From Acidobacteriota bacterium (GTDB lineage: Bacteria > Acidobacteriota > UBA6911 > RPQK01 > JADFOI01), in the NCBI GenBank assembly GCA_963663035.1, contig OY760074.1:1408001-1472000 (forward strand): a DNA stretch of 64,000 nucleotides, read 5' to 3'. The notes under the pieces were generated by a model. The model ran no database searches and was not told the DNA's origin. It saw only the letters and a list, made by a program, of their open reading frames with translations. This document shows, one piece after another, positions 9,157 through 17,860 of the stretch (within the stretch, counting starts at the first letter, position 1; each line of letters opens with the position of its first letter). The translations under genes were made by a program, and so were the position numbers.

Positions 9157-9812
9157 TAGGAGGCCTTTCTGTTAGTGATCTTGGTTATGGCGTCGATGAT
9201 GCTCTGTGCGGTGGTGTCGGCACGGCGGTTGAGGGTCTGGTAGTTGGTTTCGGTGGCGGTGCGGCCTGCATCGCTTGCACGCCGGTAGGCGATGCGCTCC
9301 GGTACCTCACCCGCTATCATTTGGTATCCTGCCGCTTTGATGTATTCCTTTGCGTGCTGTATCTCGATCTTGCTGTCGCCAACACGCCAAAGGACAAAGG
9401 CGAGCCGTTCCGGATCTACGCCGTGCTGGTGACTCAGTTCGTGGGCAAGGCCCACTTGCGGGTGAAGATCGTCAACGGCAAGGCCCGTGGGGAGTATCAC
9501 GAAATCGGATGCGCGGGCCATGTCGCGGGTAGCCCTACTGGCATGGGGGGCACCGTCAAAAATAAACAGGTCGAACTTATCCGCAGCGGTCAAAGCGGTG
9601 CTGACACTCGTGAAGGTTTCGGTGTGAATTTCCGGCATGACTTGGTTTGCAGCTCGGCGCTTGAACCAGTGGTAGCTGGTGGCCTGCTGCACATCCATAT
9701 CAGCGATGTTGACGAGCCATCCGTTGTCAGCGAACTCGCGGGCGATCAGGCGGGCGATGCTACTTTTCCCAACACCGCCTTTTTGTGAGACGACGGCTAC
9801 TTTGATTGCCAT
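9156..9812 (-). CDS. parA: ParA-family (type Ib) partition ATPase
   Basis: Deviant Walker A QKGGVGKSS, DMDVQQ, FIFDGAP; 218 aa with no N-terminal HTH. Confidence 0.92.
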   Translation of the reverse strand: MAIKVAVVSQKGGVGKSSIARLIAREFADNGWLVNIADMDVQQATSYHWFKRRAANQVMPEIHTETFTSVSTALTAADKFDLFIFDGAPHASRATRDMARASDFVILPTGLAVDDLHPQVGLAHELSHQHGVDPERLAFVLWRVGDSKIEIQHAKEYIKAAGYQMIAGEVPERIAYRRASDAGRTATETNYQTLNRRADTTAQSIIDAITKITNRKAS

Positions 9813-9862
9813 GGATGAAAGGATGAGGTTTGGGCAGAGCCAGTTCGGGCTTTGGGTAGCCT

Positions 9863-9902
9863 AGCATGTTCGCATGCACGCATAGATGCATGATAGCATG
9901 CA
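9863..9902. repeat. 5 x 8-bp tandem repeat (xGCATGxx), candidate centromere/operator
   Basis: agcatgtt cgcatgca cgcataga tgcatgat agcatgca, ~50 bp upstream of parA. Confidence 0.7.
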
Positions 9903-10025
9903 CGGAGAAAGGGGTCAACGATTGGGATTCGGTGGGTGAGGTGTGTGTCTTTTGAGTAGGATGCTACATGGTTGTAGAGGCAGGGCTGACTAAGCTTATG
10001 AAGATCATCGGCACCTCCTCGATAA

Positions 10026-10301
<276 letters not shown>

Positions 10302-11568
10302 TGACCTGCCCCCACGAACGAGTCCACCCTCTATGCTAGACCCGGGACCATTTGAAGTCCACTCCAAGGGATTGGATCCAGTGCCTGCGACCTAGGTAGT
10401 TTGGCCTCTGGCGCCGGCGGCCGATAGGCCAAGGCGCTGTGAGGCCGGATCTGATTGTAATCCCTCCGCCAGCGTTCTACCAACACCTTGGCTTCCCCCA
10501 GCGTGTCGAAGATCTCCATGTTCAGCAGCTCATCCCGTAGTTTCCCGTTGAAACTCTCAATGTACCCATTCTCCCAGGGGCTGCCCGGCTCGATGTACAA
10601 GGTCCTTACCCCAACAGCCTGCAGCCAGTCCCGGACCGCCTGTGCCGTAAACTCCGATCCGTTATCGGACCGGATAAACTCAGGCACTCCCCGATCAACG
10701 AATAACTCCGCCAGCCGGTCCAACACGTCTTGGTGATTCATCTGCCGTTTCACATCAATGGCGAGGCACTCTCTGGTGTACTCATCCAGGATCGTCAATA
10801 GCCGAAAGGCTCGCCCATCATGGGTCCGTTCATGCACGAAATCATAGCTCCAGACGTGGTTCTTGCGAGCCGCTCGTAACCGAACACAGGAACCGTCATT
10901 AAGCCACAGCCTCCTTCGTTTCGGCTGTCTGGACGGGACTTTCAGCCCTTCTTGTCTCCACAGCCTCTCCATCCGCTTAGGATTCCCCTTCCACCCTTCC
11001 CCATGAAGTATCGCCGTGACCCGCCGGTAGCCATAACGCCCGTATTGCGTAGCCAACTCCACCATCCGGGCCACCAATCGGGCCTCATCATCGGGAATTT
11101 GCCTTTCCCTTCGCTGGGTCGATCGAACCTGTCCCAGCACTTGGCAGGCCCGACGTTCGGAGACTCGCTCTGCTCCTAATCGCTCTCGTACCCACATCAC
11201 CGCTCGTCTCCTGTTCGCCGGGCCTAGAAGTTTCCCGAGGACACTTCCTTCAGGATCTGCTTGTCCAAAGACAGATCCGCCACCAGCTTCTTCAACCGGG
11301 TATTCTCCTTCTCCAACACCTTCAACCTCTTGGCCTGGTCCAACCGGAGCCCTCCGTACTCTTTGCGCCACCGGTAGTAGGTCTGCTCGCTCACCCCCAT
11401 CTGCTTCGACACCTGTCCCACCCTCTGTCCTTGGGCCAGACCCACCTCTGCCTCACGCAGCTTCATGATGATCTGTTCTGCCCTAAACCGCTTCCCTGCC
11501 ATCCTTGCCTCCTTCCTAAACCGGAAATCCTAACATTCAAACTGGACTCGTTTTAGGGGGCAAGGTCA
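10302..11568 (-). mobile_element. IS3-family (IS407-like) element, copy 1, 1267 bp
   Basis: TGACC..GGTCA inverted ends; orfA 11224-11502 and orfB (rve, [17 protein letters not shown]) with GGGAAAC slippery site; no TSD. Confidence 0.95.
10331..11502 (-). CDS. IS3 transposase OrfAB (-1 programmed frameshift)
   Basis: OrfA HTH plus overlapping OrfB integrase core; G GGA AAC near the orfA end. Confidence 0.9.
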
Positions 11569-11582
11569 GTGTCGCCTGGATC

Positions 11583-12974
11583 TTGAGGCTATGGACCACA
11601 GAAGGAAGCGCTTTGATGCACTATGGCTGGCTTTTGACCCTGGGGTATGGCTCGCACATCCTGGTGGATACCTTAAACAAAAGCGGAGTGGAACTTTTCT
11701 GGCCTTGCAAAGTGCGCTGTGTGTTTTTTTACAACGAGCACTATCGCATCGCCTCGGCCGGGGGCGGGGACTACTGGTTCATGACGGTTTGTTTGATCTT
11801 GAATCTGGGAATGTACCCGCTGGCCCGGGATGGATTCACGTTCTCTTTGCACCAAGCGTTTGGGGACATCTACTCCGTCTCGATGGATTTTAAACAGTAC
11901 GGCGACCAGAAGCGAATCTGGCTGGATCTGGAAGGCGTGGAGGCGATCTCCAATCAAAAAGTACAGGGCCGCTTTGAGATCCTGGCCGCCATGGACAACG
12001 CCTCGGTCCTGATCGAGCGCGACCGGGTCAAGCAAATTGTGTCGCGAACCAAACCGTTTCAGATCTTTCCCGACCGGGTGCGGATCTGGATCGACCAGGA
12101 GCAGCAGATCACGACCCAGGAGATCGAGATGGCGGGTCGAACCCTGGGGGAGATCCCGCATTATGCGGATGCACAGCGGGTGCTCTTTTACGGCTACCTC
12201 ACTCCGGCTAGGTTCACTCCGGTAAGCGTTTATGAAAATCGCTACAACCCGATTTCCCTTCGACTCGACAAACTCAAGTTCGAGCATGCGGATTACGAAG
12301 ACATTCAGGAACAGGAACTGGAACATGTGGCCATCCGCGAAGGAATCTTGATTGTAAAGATCTATCGGCTGGCGGATGCCACTGAAGAGCCTGCTAGCGG
12401 GCCGACTCTGGGCGTCCCCATCCATCATGTAGAACTTCGGTTTGATCCGACCGATGAAATCCTGTTTGCCGAAGGCGATGTGATCCAGGCAGGACAGGTG
12501 ATTGCTCGCGAGGATATCTCAATCCAGGTGGAAAAGCTGGAGGGAGACTACCGGCGGGACGTGGAGCGACTGAACCAGCAGCTCAGCCAGGTCCAGATCC
12601 AGCTTCTGGCGGCTCGGGAGGACTTGAGGGAAACAGAAAGTGAGAGAGAGGAACTCGAGAGTGAGCTGGGTAGGTTGGAGTTTCAGTCGCTGTTCGCAAG
12701 GGAGTATCTCCGTTTGCAGGATTCTCTGGCTTCGGCAAGCGCTCGAGCTGAGGACGACAGTGAAAAGATCGCGATGCTCGAGCAAAGGCAAAAGCAACAA
12801 AACAAACAGGTTGAGGCCCGGTCGGAACAACTGGCCGAGAGCCTTGCTCTTTTACGAAAAGGTGCGGAAATTGTTGCCAGTTTTAGCGGCGAAGTGTTGC
12901 GAATTGAGCGCAAACCCGAAAACAAGACTGTCGTGTATTCGGTGTTCTATCGGGAACGGGCTGAAAAGCAGTAA
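11583..12974 (+). CDS. YdjM-like membrane metal-dependent hydrolase fused to coiled-coil/HlyD-like hairpin; N-terminus probably truncated by IS3
   Basis: GYGSHILVDTLNKSGVELFWP motif; later EGDVIQAGQVIA - long coiled coil - IVASFSGEV. Confidence 0.6.
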   Translation: MRLWTTEGSALMHYGWLLTLGYGSHILVDTLNKSGVELFWPCKVRCVFFYNEHYRIASAGGGDYWFMTVCLILNLGMYPLARDGFTFSLHQAFGDIYSVSMDFKQYGDQKRIWLDLEGVEAISNQKVQGRFEILAAMDNASVLIERDRVKQIVSRTKPFQIFPDRVRIWIDQEQQITTQEIEMAGRTLGEIPHYADAQRVLFYGYLTPARFTPVSVYENRYNPISLRLDKLKFEHADYEDIQEQELEHVAIREGILIVKIYRLADATEEPASGPTLGVPIHHVELRFDPTDEILFAEGDVIQAGQVIAREDISIQVEKLEGDYRRDVERLNQQLSQVQIQLLAAREDLRETESEREELESELGRLEFQSLFAREYLRLQDSLASASARAEDDSEKIAMLEQRQKQQNKQVEARSEQLAESLALLRKGAEIVASFSGEVLRIERKPENKTVVYSVFYRERAEKQ

Positions 12975-13467
12975 ACACAGGGCTTTGCGGCCTAAGATTT
13001 CCGATTTATGGTGGTTAGAATGGATAGGACTGTTCTTCCTACCAAACTACAAGTGGAGGCACTTACCTGGGAACGAGGTCCTTGGGGAGAATGACGTTTC
13101 GGAGTTGATTCAGTTTATTGGGCTTCTGCACTGCGAAGCCGAAAGACGTGCCGGTTTGGATAAGACGAATCTCCAGCTGTTCTTTAAAATTCCTCCAGTC
13201 CACAGAACCCAGCCTTCCACGATATTAGAGATGATCGTAAGGTATCCCAGGTGGATTGCACGTTGGACTCGATTCGCGCAATCTAGGACCGTCGGGACCT
13301 GCTTCTCACTCGTCAGTGAGTGAGAGTGTTCGCGCGCGGAAATGCGAATATTGGAGCAGGACATTCGCCCCAGGCTCTCGATGCCTTCAATGGACCTGAA
13401 CCGACTGTGTTCAGAATCGGAGGTATTGTAATAGATCCCATTTTCGCTGAATAGCAATTGGGCTGCC

Positions 13468-15156
13468 TTACCTTCCACTGTGCGATAGGTGTCTTAGTTT
13501 GCGCAGTGCAACCGTTTGAATCTGGCGAATTCGCTCGCGGGTAAGGGAGAACCTCTGGCCCACCTCCGTCAGTGTTTGTTCGCTTCCATCCTCGATGCCA
13601 AAGCGCATGCGGATAATCTGCTCCTCTTTAGGTGTTAATGTCTGTAACACCGCCGCCGTCTGATCCTTCAGATGGATATTGATAGCAGCCTCGGCGGGGG
13701 AAACCGCGCCCTGGTCTTCGATAAAATCGCCGAGGTGGCGATCCTCCTTTTCTCCCAGTGGAGTCTCCAGTGAGATCGGTTGCTGAGCGATTCTTAGAAT
13801 CTTGCGCGCCTTGCTCGCAGGAATGTCCATCTTCTGGGCAATCTCTTCGGAAGTGGGCTCTCGACCATACTCGTGAACCAGCGCGTGCGAGGTCCGGATT
13901 AGCTTGTTGATGGCTTCCATCATGTGCAGCGGAATACGAATGGTGCGCGCTTGATCGGCGATGGCTCGTGTGATGGCCTGGCGGATCCACCAGGTGGCAG
14001 AGGTGGAAAACTTGTAACCCCGCTGATACTCGAACTTATCGACGGCCTTCATCAAGCCGATATTTCCCTCTTGGATCAAATCGAGAAATTGCAGTCCCCG
14101 GTTGGTGTATTTTTTGGCAATCGAGACCACCAAACGAAGGTTGGCTTCCACCAGCACCTTCTTGGCGATCTCCGCTTCCAACTCACCTTGCTTAATGGCA
14201 GCCAAGGTTCGTTTGAGCTCGGCCGGTGAGGTCAACACTTCGTCTTCGATTTCCTTCATCTCTTTGTCAATGGTCCGCAGGCTCAATTTCACTTTCTTGG
14301 CCTGATCGAGCTTCAGGGGGGAGCTCTGCAACTTCTTGAGTTTCTCGGATTCTCTCTCTAGTCTGACGATTCGATCAACCGTGCTCTTGATCACATTCAC
14401 AAGTTCCCCGTAAATACCGGAAGTGGGCTCCAGATCACAGATGATGCGGGCTATTGGGATACGATAGCGAGCCAGTTGGGAAAGCAGCCTCTTGTATGTC
14501 TTGCCGGGTTTCTTGGACCTACGCAGTCGTTTTCTTACTTTCGCGGCCTCCGCTTCCAATGCAGCGATTTCATCGATACGATTTAGAAGCCACCTGCGCC
14601 GCTTTTCGAGGATCTCATCGGTTGACTCCTTCTCATTAAAGTTCATCAGGTGCTTGATATTCAGCTCGTTCTTCCTGAGCTTTTCGCCAAACTTTAAGAT
14701 CTCTCCGACCACCACTGGCGAACGGCACAGCGCTTCAATGACACTCTTTTGGCCTTTTTCAATTCTCTTGGCAATCTCGACTTCTCCCTGTCGAGCCAAA
14801 AGAGGCACAGTACCCATTTCTCTCAAATACATCCGGACAGGATCATTGGTTTTCTCCAAGCTTTCAGCGGTAGGATCGGCCTCCTGATCCTTGTCCTCTT
14901 CTGCAGCTTTGGACCGGACGTTTCGTTTGACAGCCTTTAATTGCTGCTCAGAACCAATGACTTCAATCCCGTCATTGCCAAAGAGGTCAAAAATGCTGTC
15001 TAGGTCTCTTGAAGAGTCGATGTGATCTGGAAGGGCGTCGTTAATCTCATCGTAGAGAAGATAACCTCTCTCCTTCCCCAGGCTAATTAGCTCTTTGACG
15101 CCACTATATTCTTCTTTGATACTTTCCAATTTGTCGTTAATTCTAGCCCTCCTCAA
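13468..15156 (-). CDS. rpoD: RNA polymerase sigma-70 factor, divergent RpoD paralogue
   Basis: Regions 1.1, 1.2 ([11 protein letters not shown]), 2 ([23 protein letters not shown]), 3, 4 (TRERIRQI); shortened C-terminus. Confidence 0.92.
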   Translation of the reverse strand: MRRARINDKLESIKEEYSGVKELISLGKERGYLLYDEINDALPDHIDSSRDLDSIFDLFGNDGIEVIGSEQQLKAVKRNVRSKAAEEDKDQEADPTAESLEKTNDPVRMYLREMGTVPLLARQGEVEIAKRIEKGQKSVIEALCRSPVVVGEILKFGEKLRKNELNIKHLMNFNEKESTDEILEKRRRWLLNRIDEIAALEAEAAKVRKRLRRSKKPGKTYKRLLSQLARYRIPIARIICDLEPTSGIYGELVNVIKSTVDRIVRLERESEKLKKLQSSPLKLDQAKKVKLSLRTIDKEMKEIEDEVLTSPAELKRTLAAIKQGELEAEIAKKVLVEANLRLVVSIAKKYTNRGLQFLDLIQEGNIGLMKAVDKFEYQRGYKFSTSATWWIRQAITRAIADQARTIRIPLHMMEAINKLIRTSHALVHEYGREPTSEEIAQKMDIPASKARKILRIAQQPISLETPLGEKEDRHLGDFIEDQGAVSPAEAAINIHLKDQTAAVLQTLTPKEEQIIRMRFGIEDGSEQTLTEVGQRFSLTRERIRQIQTVALRKLRHLSHSGR

Positions 15157-15218
15157 AAGAGTCAGCTCTTCGTGAATCTGCCCAAGGGGGACAGATACGT
15201 ATGTGAACCGTAAGCGGC

Positions 15219-15746
15219 TCAGGCCGGTTTAGGAGAAGTGCCATCTGAAGGCTTAGCCCGGCACCGGCTTGGCGATGGATTGTCGCTGTTCCAGATGATA
15301 TTCCAATAGATCTTCCAGGAACCATCAGACTGTCTCTGCCAGATGTCAACAAACTTACCCAGATCCTGCATCTGTTCGCCACCCGCTATGGGGCTAACAG
15401 TCATCGCGAAGTTGCCTCGGCGAAAAGCCCAGTCACCTGTAACAACAACGTCTTGAGCGGAGATGTTAAAGTCCACCATCGTGAACTGATCAAAGAAGGA
15501 CTGCATCCAGGTCTGAATACCCTCGCTGCCTTTGGATACTGGCTCGTTAGGAGACATTAATACCGCATCTGCTGCATACAAGGACACGAGTTCTTCCGTG
15601 TCGTTTGCTCTGGCTGCGGCAACAAATTCCTCACTTGCCTTATTGATGTTCCCTATGTCGGCTTCGGTTGTGGCTGTCTCCTCCACAACGGACGGTGTGC
15701 AGGAAGCAAAAAAAAGTAGGAAAAGTAAAGTTAGGTGGGATCTCAT
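15219..15746 (-). CDS. SnoaL/DUF4440 (NTF2-like) lipoprotein
   Basis: Lipobox-like FASC; [29 protein letters not shown]. Confidence 0.85.
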   Translation of the reverse strand: MRSHLTLLFLLFFASCTPSVVEETATTEADIGNINKASEEFVAAARANDTEELVSLYAADAVLMSPNEPVSKGSEGIQTWMQSFFDQFTMVDFNISAQDVVVTGDWAFRRGNFAMTVSPIAGGEQMQDLGKFVDIWQRQSDGSWKIYWNIIWNSDNPSPSRCRAKPSDGTSPKPA

Positions 15747-15827
15747 GGGGTGACTCCTTTGGGTATTCCCCCGTTCAGTCTAAGCCAGCACTACCTTGCA
15801 AAAACATCAAAACTTCATTACTAGGAT

Positions 15828-16148
15828 TCATTGATTTTCGTGTAAATAAATGGTCACTCTTCTAGACGCGTAGGCTCGGATTCCCCACCGGTCCATTTCC
15901 AGGATGGCGCATACCCAGTGCAAACTTCCGGGATGAGTATCATCGGAAAAGAACCACTTCAACGCATCTCGTTGCCACATCTTCGGCTCACGACTGGAAA
16001 GCACTAGATCGAGAAAAGCCCGACGAAGAATACCCAGAGCCAATCGTCTCACTGCGGCATCTGATTTCTCTGTCTCAGGATATAACCCTTCACTTGCAGG
16101 CACGAGCACTGTCATACTGTTATTCCTTGGGTGAACCTTACTGCCCAT
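15828..16148 (-). CDS. Small helical hypothetical protein (paralogue of 54157-54573)
   Basis: RLALGILRRAFLDL..WQRDALKWFFS..PGSLHWVCAIL is shared with the 54157-54573 product. Confidence 0.7.
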   Translation of the reverse strand: MGSKVHPRNNSMTVLVPASEGLYPETEKSDAAVRRLALGILRRAFLDLVLSSREPKMWQRDALKWFFSDDTHPGSLHWVCAILEMDRWGIRAYASRRVTIYLHENQ

Positions 16149-16202
16149 AAAGTTTCAGCCCCACACTTCTGAGATTTGCCCTGGGTCGGATGAGAGGCGC
16201 CG

Positions 16203-16289
16203 CTACTGCACACTTTTCTCAAGGGACTTGATGGCCAAGTCTTTCTCATCCTCCGTCCATCGGTTTTTGTTTTCGATTACAGTGAACAT
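16203..16289 (-). CDS. Putative 28-aa small protein MFTVIENKNRWTEDEKDLAIKSLEKSVQ
   Basis: AAGGGG RBS; lies in the duplicated leader; the second copy shows several synonymous-type differences but is disrupted. Confidence 0.4.
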   Translation of the reverse strand: MFTVIENKNRWTEDEKDLAIKSLEKSVQ

Positions 16290-16371
16290 TGTGCTGTGTT
16301 CCCCTTACCCGCGAGCCACAACATGGTCGGGGTTAACTAAATTCTCACCAATGTACATTACGGCGAGCGCC

Positions 16372-16404
16372 TTTAAAAATAGAAAATTAAGTATAGATCT
16401 ATAG
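16372..16404 (-). promoter_or_regulatory. NhaR-like LysR operator/promoter motif, copy A
   Basis: Reverse complement of CTATAGATCTATacttaATTTTCTATTTTTAAA, followed by TGTACATT (-10-like). Confidence 0.65.
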
Positions 16405-16433
16405 GTATTTTATATGTATCATGGGGGGGGGGC

Positions 16434-16652
16434 ATGAAGTGGCTAAATTACCGTCACCTGCTCTATTTTTGGACCGTGGCAAGAGAAGGTATGATCACGG
16501 CCGCCTGCGAGAGGCTGCGTCTGGCCCAGCCGGCCATCTCCGCGCAGCTAAAGAAGCTCGACGAATCCCTTGGCCACAAGCTATTCAGGCGTGTGGGTAG
16601 CACAACCTGGCTCTGACCGAAACGGTTCGCGTGGTGTTCCGGTACGCAAACG
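16434..16652 (+). pseudogene. Truncated, frameshifted copy of nhaR-like LysR HTH
   Basis: MKWLNYRHLLYFWTVAREG.. is nearly identical to the N-terminus of the 26958-27857 product; similarity stops at 16652. Confidence 0.9.
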
Positions 16653-17148
16653 TATCACTCTAACGAGAAGCCAGCCTTACCTGTTCAACGTCAACCACTT
16701 TTTCCCATGCCTCCGTGGTCAATTTATTCGACGACCCGGTGACGGGAGACGCCTTGACGGACCATTGAAGTCCCCTCCCAAGTTGAAATGCCTTTCTTTC
16801 TAAATGAACAAGCTCCAACTGGTTTAAGGCTATGGGAATGGCCAATGTTGAAGGTGTTGAATAGTGGCGCAAGCTTGGTCAGAAAGTCCAATGCGTTAGG
16901 CGTGAGACGCAGGTCGTTTCTCTGTATGATGGTGCGCACTTGGATGTAGTCTAAGGTTCCATTTAAGCCAGCCTCGCCGTGCAGTTTGTGACATGACTCT
17001 CATGCTGGATCGGAGGATGAAACGGCAGGGGCTGAGGAGGGTTAATCCGCTGCACCGGATTTCAAGGTCAGGGATTACCAACAGAGGGGTCGGCGTCCGG
17101 CAGGAGCCCTTCGATTATTGGCCCTGTCTGCTAATACATGTAAGAACT

Positions 17149-17181
17149 CTATAGATCTATCCTGTATTTTCTATTTTTCAA
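17149..17181 (+). promoter_or_regulatory. NhaR-like operator/promoter motif, copy B
   Basis: CTATAGATCTATcctgtATTTTCTATTTTTCAA then TATATATT, outside the duplicated block. Confidence 0.65.
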
Positions 17182-17268
17182 CACCGTCCAAGCATTATAT
17201 ATTATAAAGAAGGCGGTAACGTCAGGCCCATAAATACTCTTACAGTTTTCCTAAGAACATGGGAAAGG

Positions 17269-17469
17269 GTGATGCCCAAAAGAAAAAAGCGCCAGACAGA
17301 GCCTCAGACGGATCTGCTTACAAAGCACCAGAAAACGAACAGAAAGGTCTCATCAACCGGAGGACAACGAGAGTTGCCCTGCCGAAGCTGCAACCTCATG
17401 GTGCCAACCTGGCGCAAAAATTGTATCCATTGTGGCGGTCCCTTGGCCACGCATTCGGCCGCATCTTGA
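17269..17469 (+). CDS. Small basic zinc-ribbon protein
   Basis: CRSC-x10-CIHCG; K/R-rich N-terminus; GGAAAGG RBS; downstream of motif copy B. Confidence 0.55.
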   Translation: MMPKRKKRQTEPQTDLLTKHQKTNRKVSSTGGQRELPCRSCNLMVPTWRKNCIHCGGPLATHSAAS

Positions 17470-17510
17470 TGACGAACATGAGGTTGTCTGACACCTCTAA
17501 TGAGTTCTAG

Positions 17511-17860
17511 CCCGGATTATGCATAAACTTTAATATTTCTCCCATTTTTTGTGGCAACCGGAGGGTCATCTTTGGAATTGGCACTGGATGGCGTGTTGGG
17601 ATGAGCAGAGTGAGGCATCAGGGGGAAAACAGGTTGATTTTGGAGACACTTCAACTGAGGTGCTCTTGAAACCCGACTGGGGGAAGCAGGACCAAAGGTC
17701 AGGTGGGACACAGTCGCTGCATCAGAAGCGAGAAGAACTCCTGCTGGGGATCAGATAAGAAGAAGCCAAATGAATCCAAATTCGGCGTGAGCTCTGCTGG
17801 ACTCGAGCCCCGATTTCAAAGAGCCTCCGACGCAGGGTCTCCACTTCCAGGGGGTGCCAA
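17511..17860 (-). mobile_element. IS1380-family remnant (one end plus transposase C-terminus)
   Basis: CTAG|CCCGGATTATGCATAA end; minus strand 17699-17850 encodes LEVETLRRRLFEIGARV..RRIWIHLASSY..LMQRLCPT, homologous to the 47810-49204 product. Confidence 0.85.

Larger units (their letters stand above)
16134..16652. repeat. ~520-bp diverged inverted duplicate of 27641-28151
   Basis: Covers the nhaR 5' end, the divergent promoter and the leader up to the next ATG. Confidence 0.9.

Noticed and set aside
12980-13460. ORFs 12640-13323 and 13110-13478
   Set aside because: No recognisable motifs, and they overlap real genes; probably decayed or non-coding.
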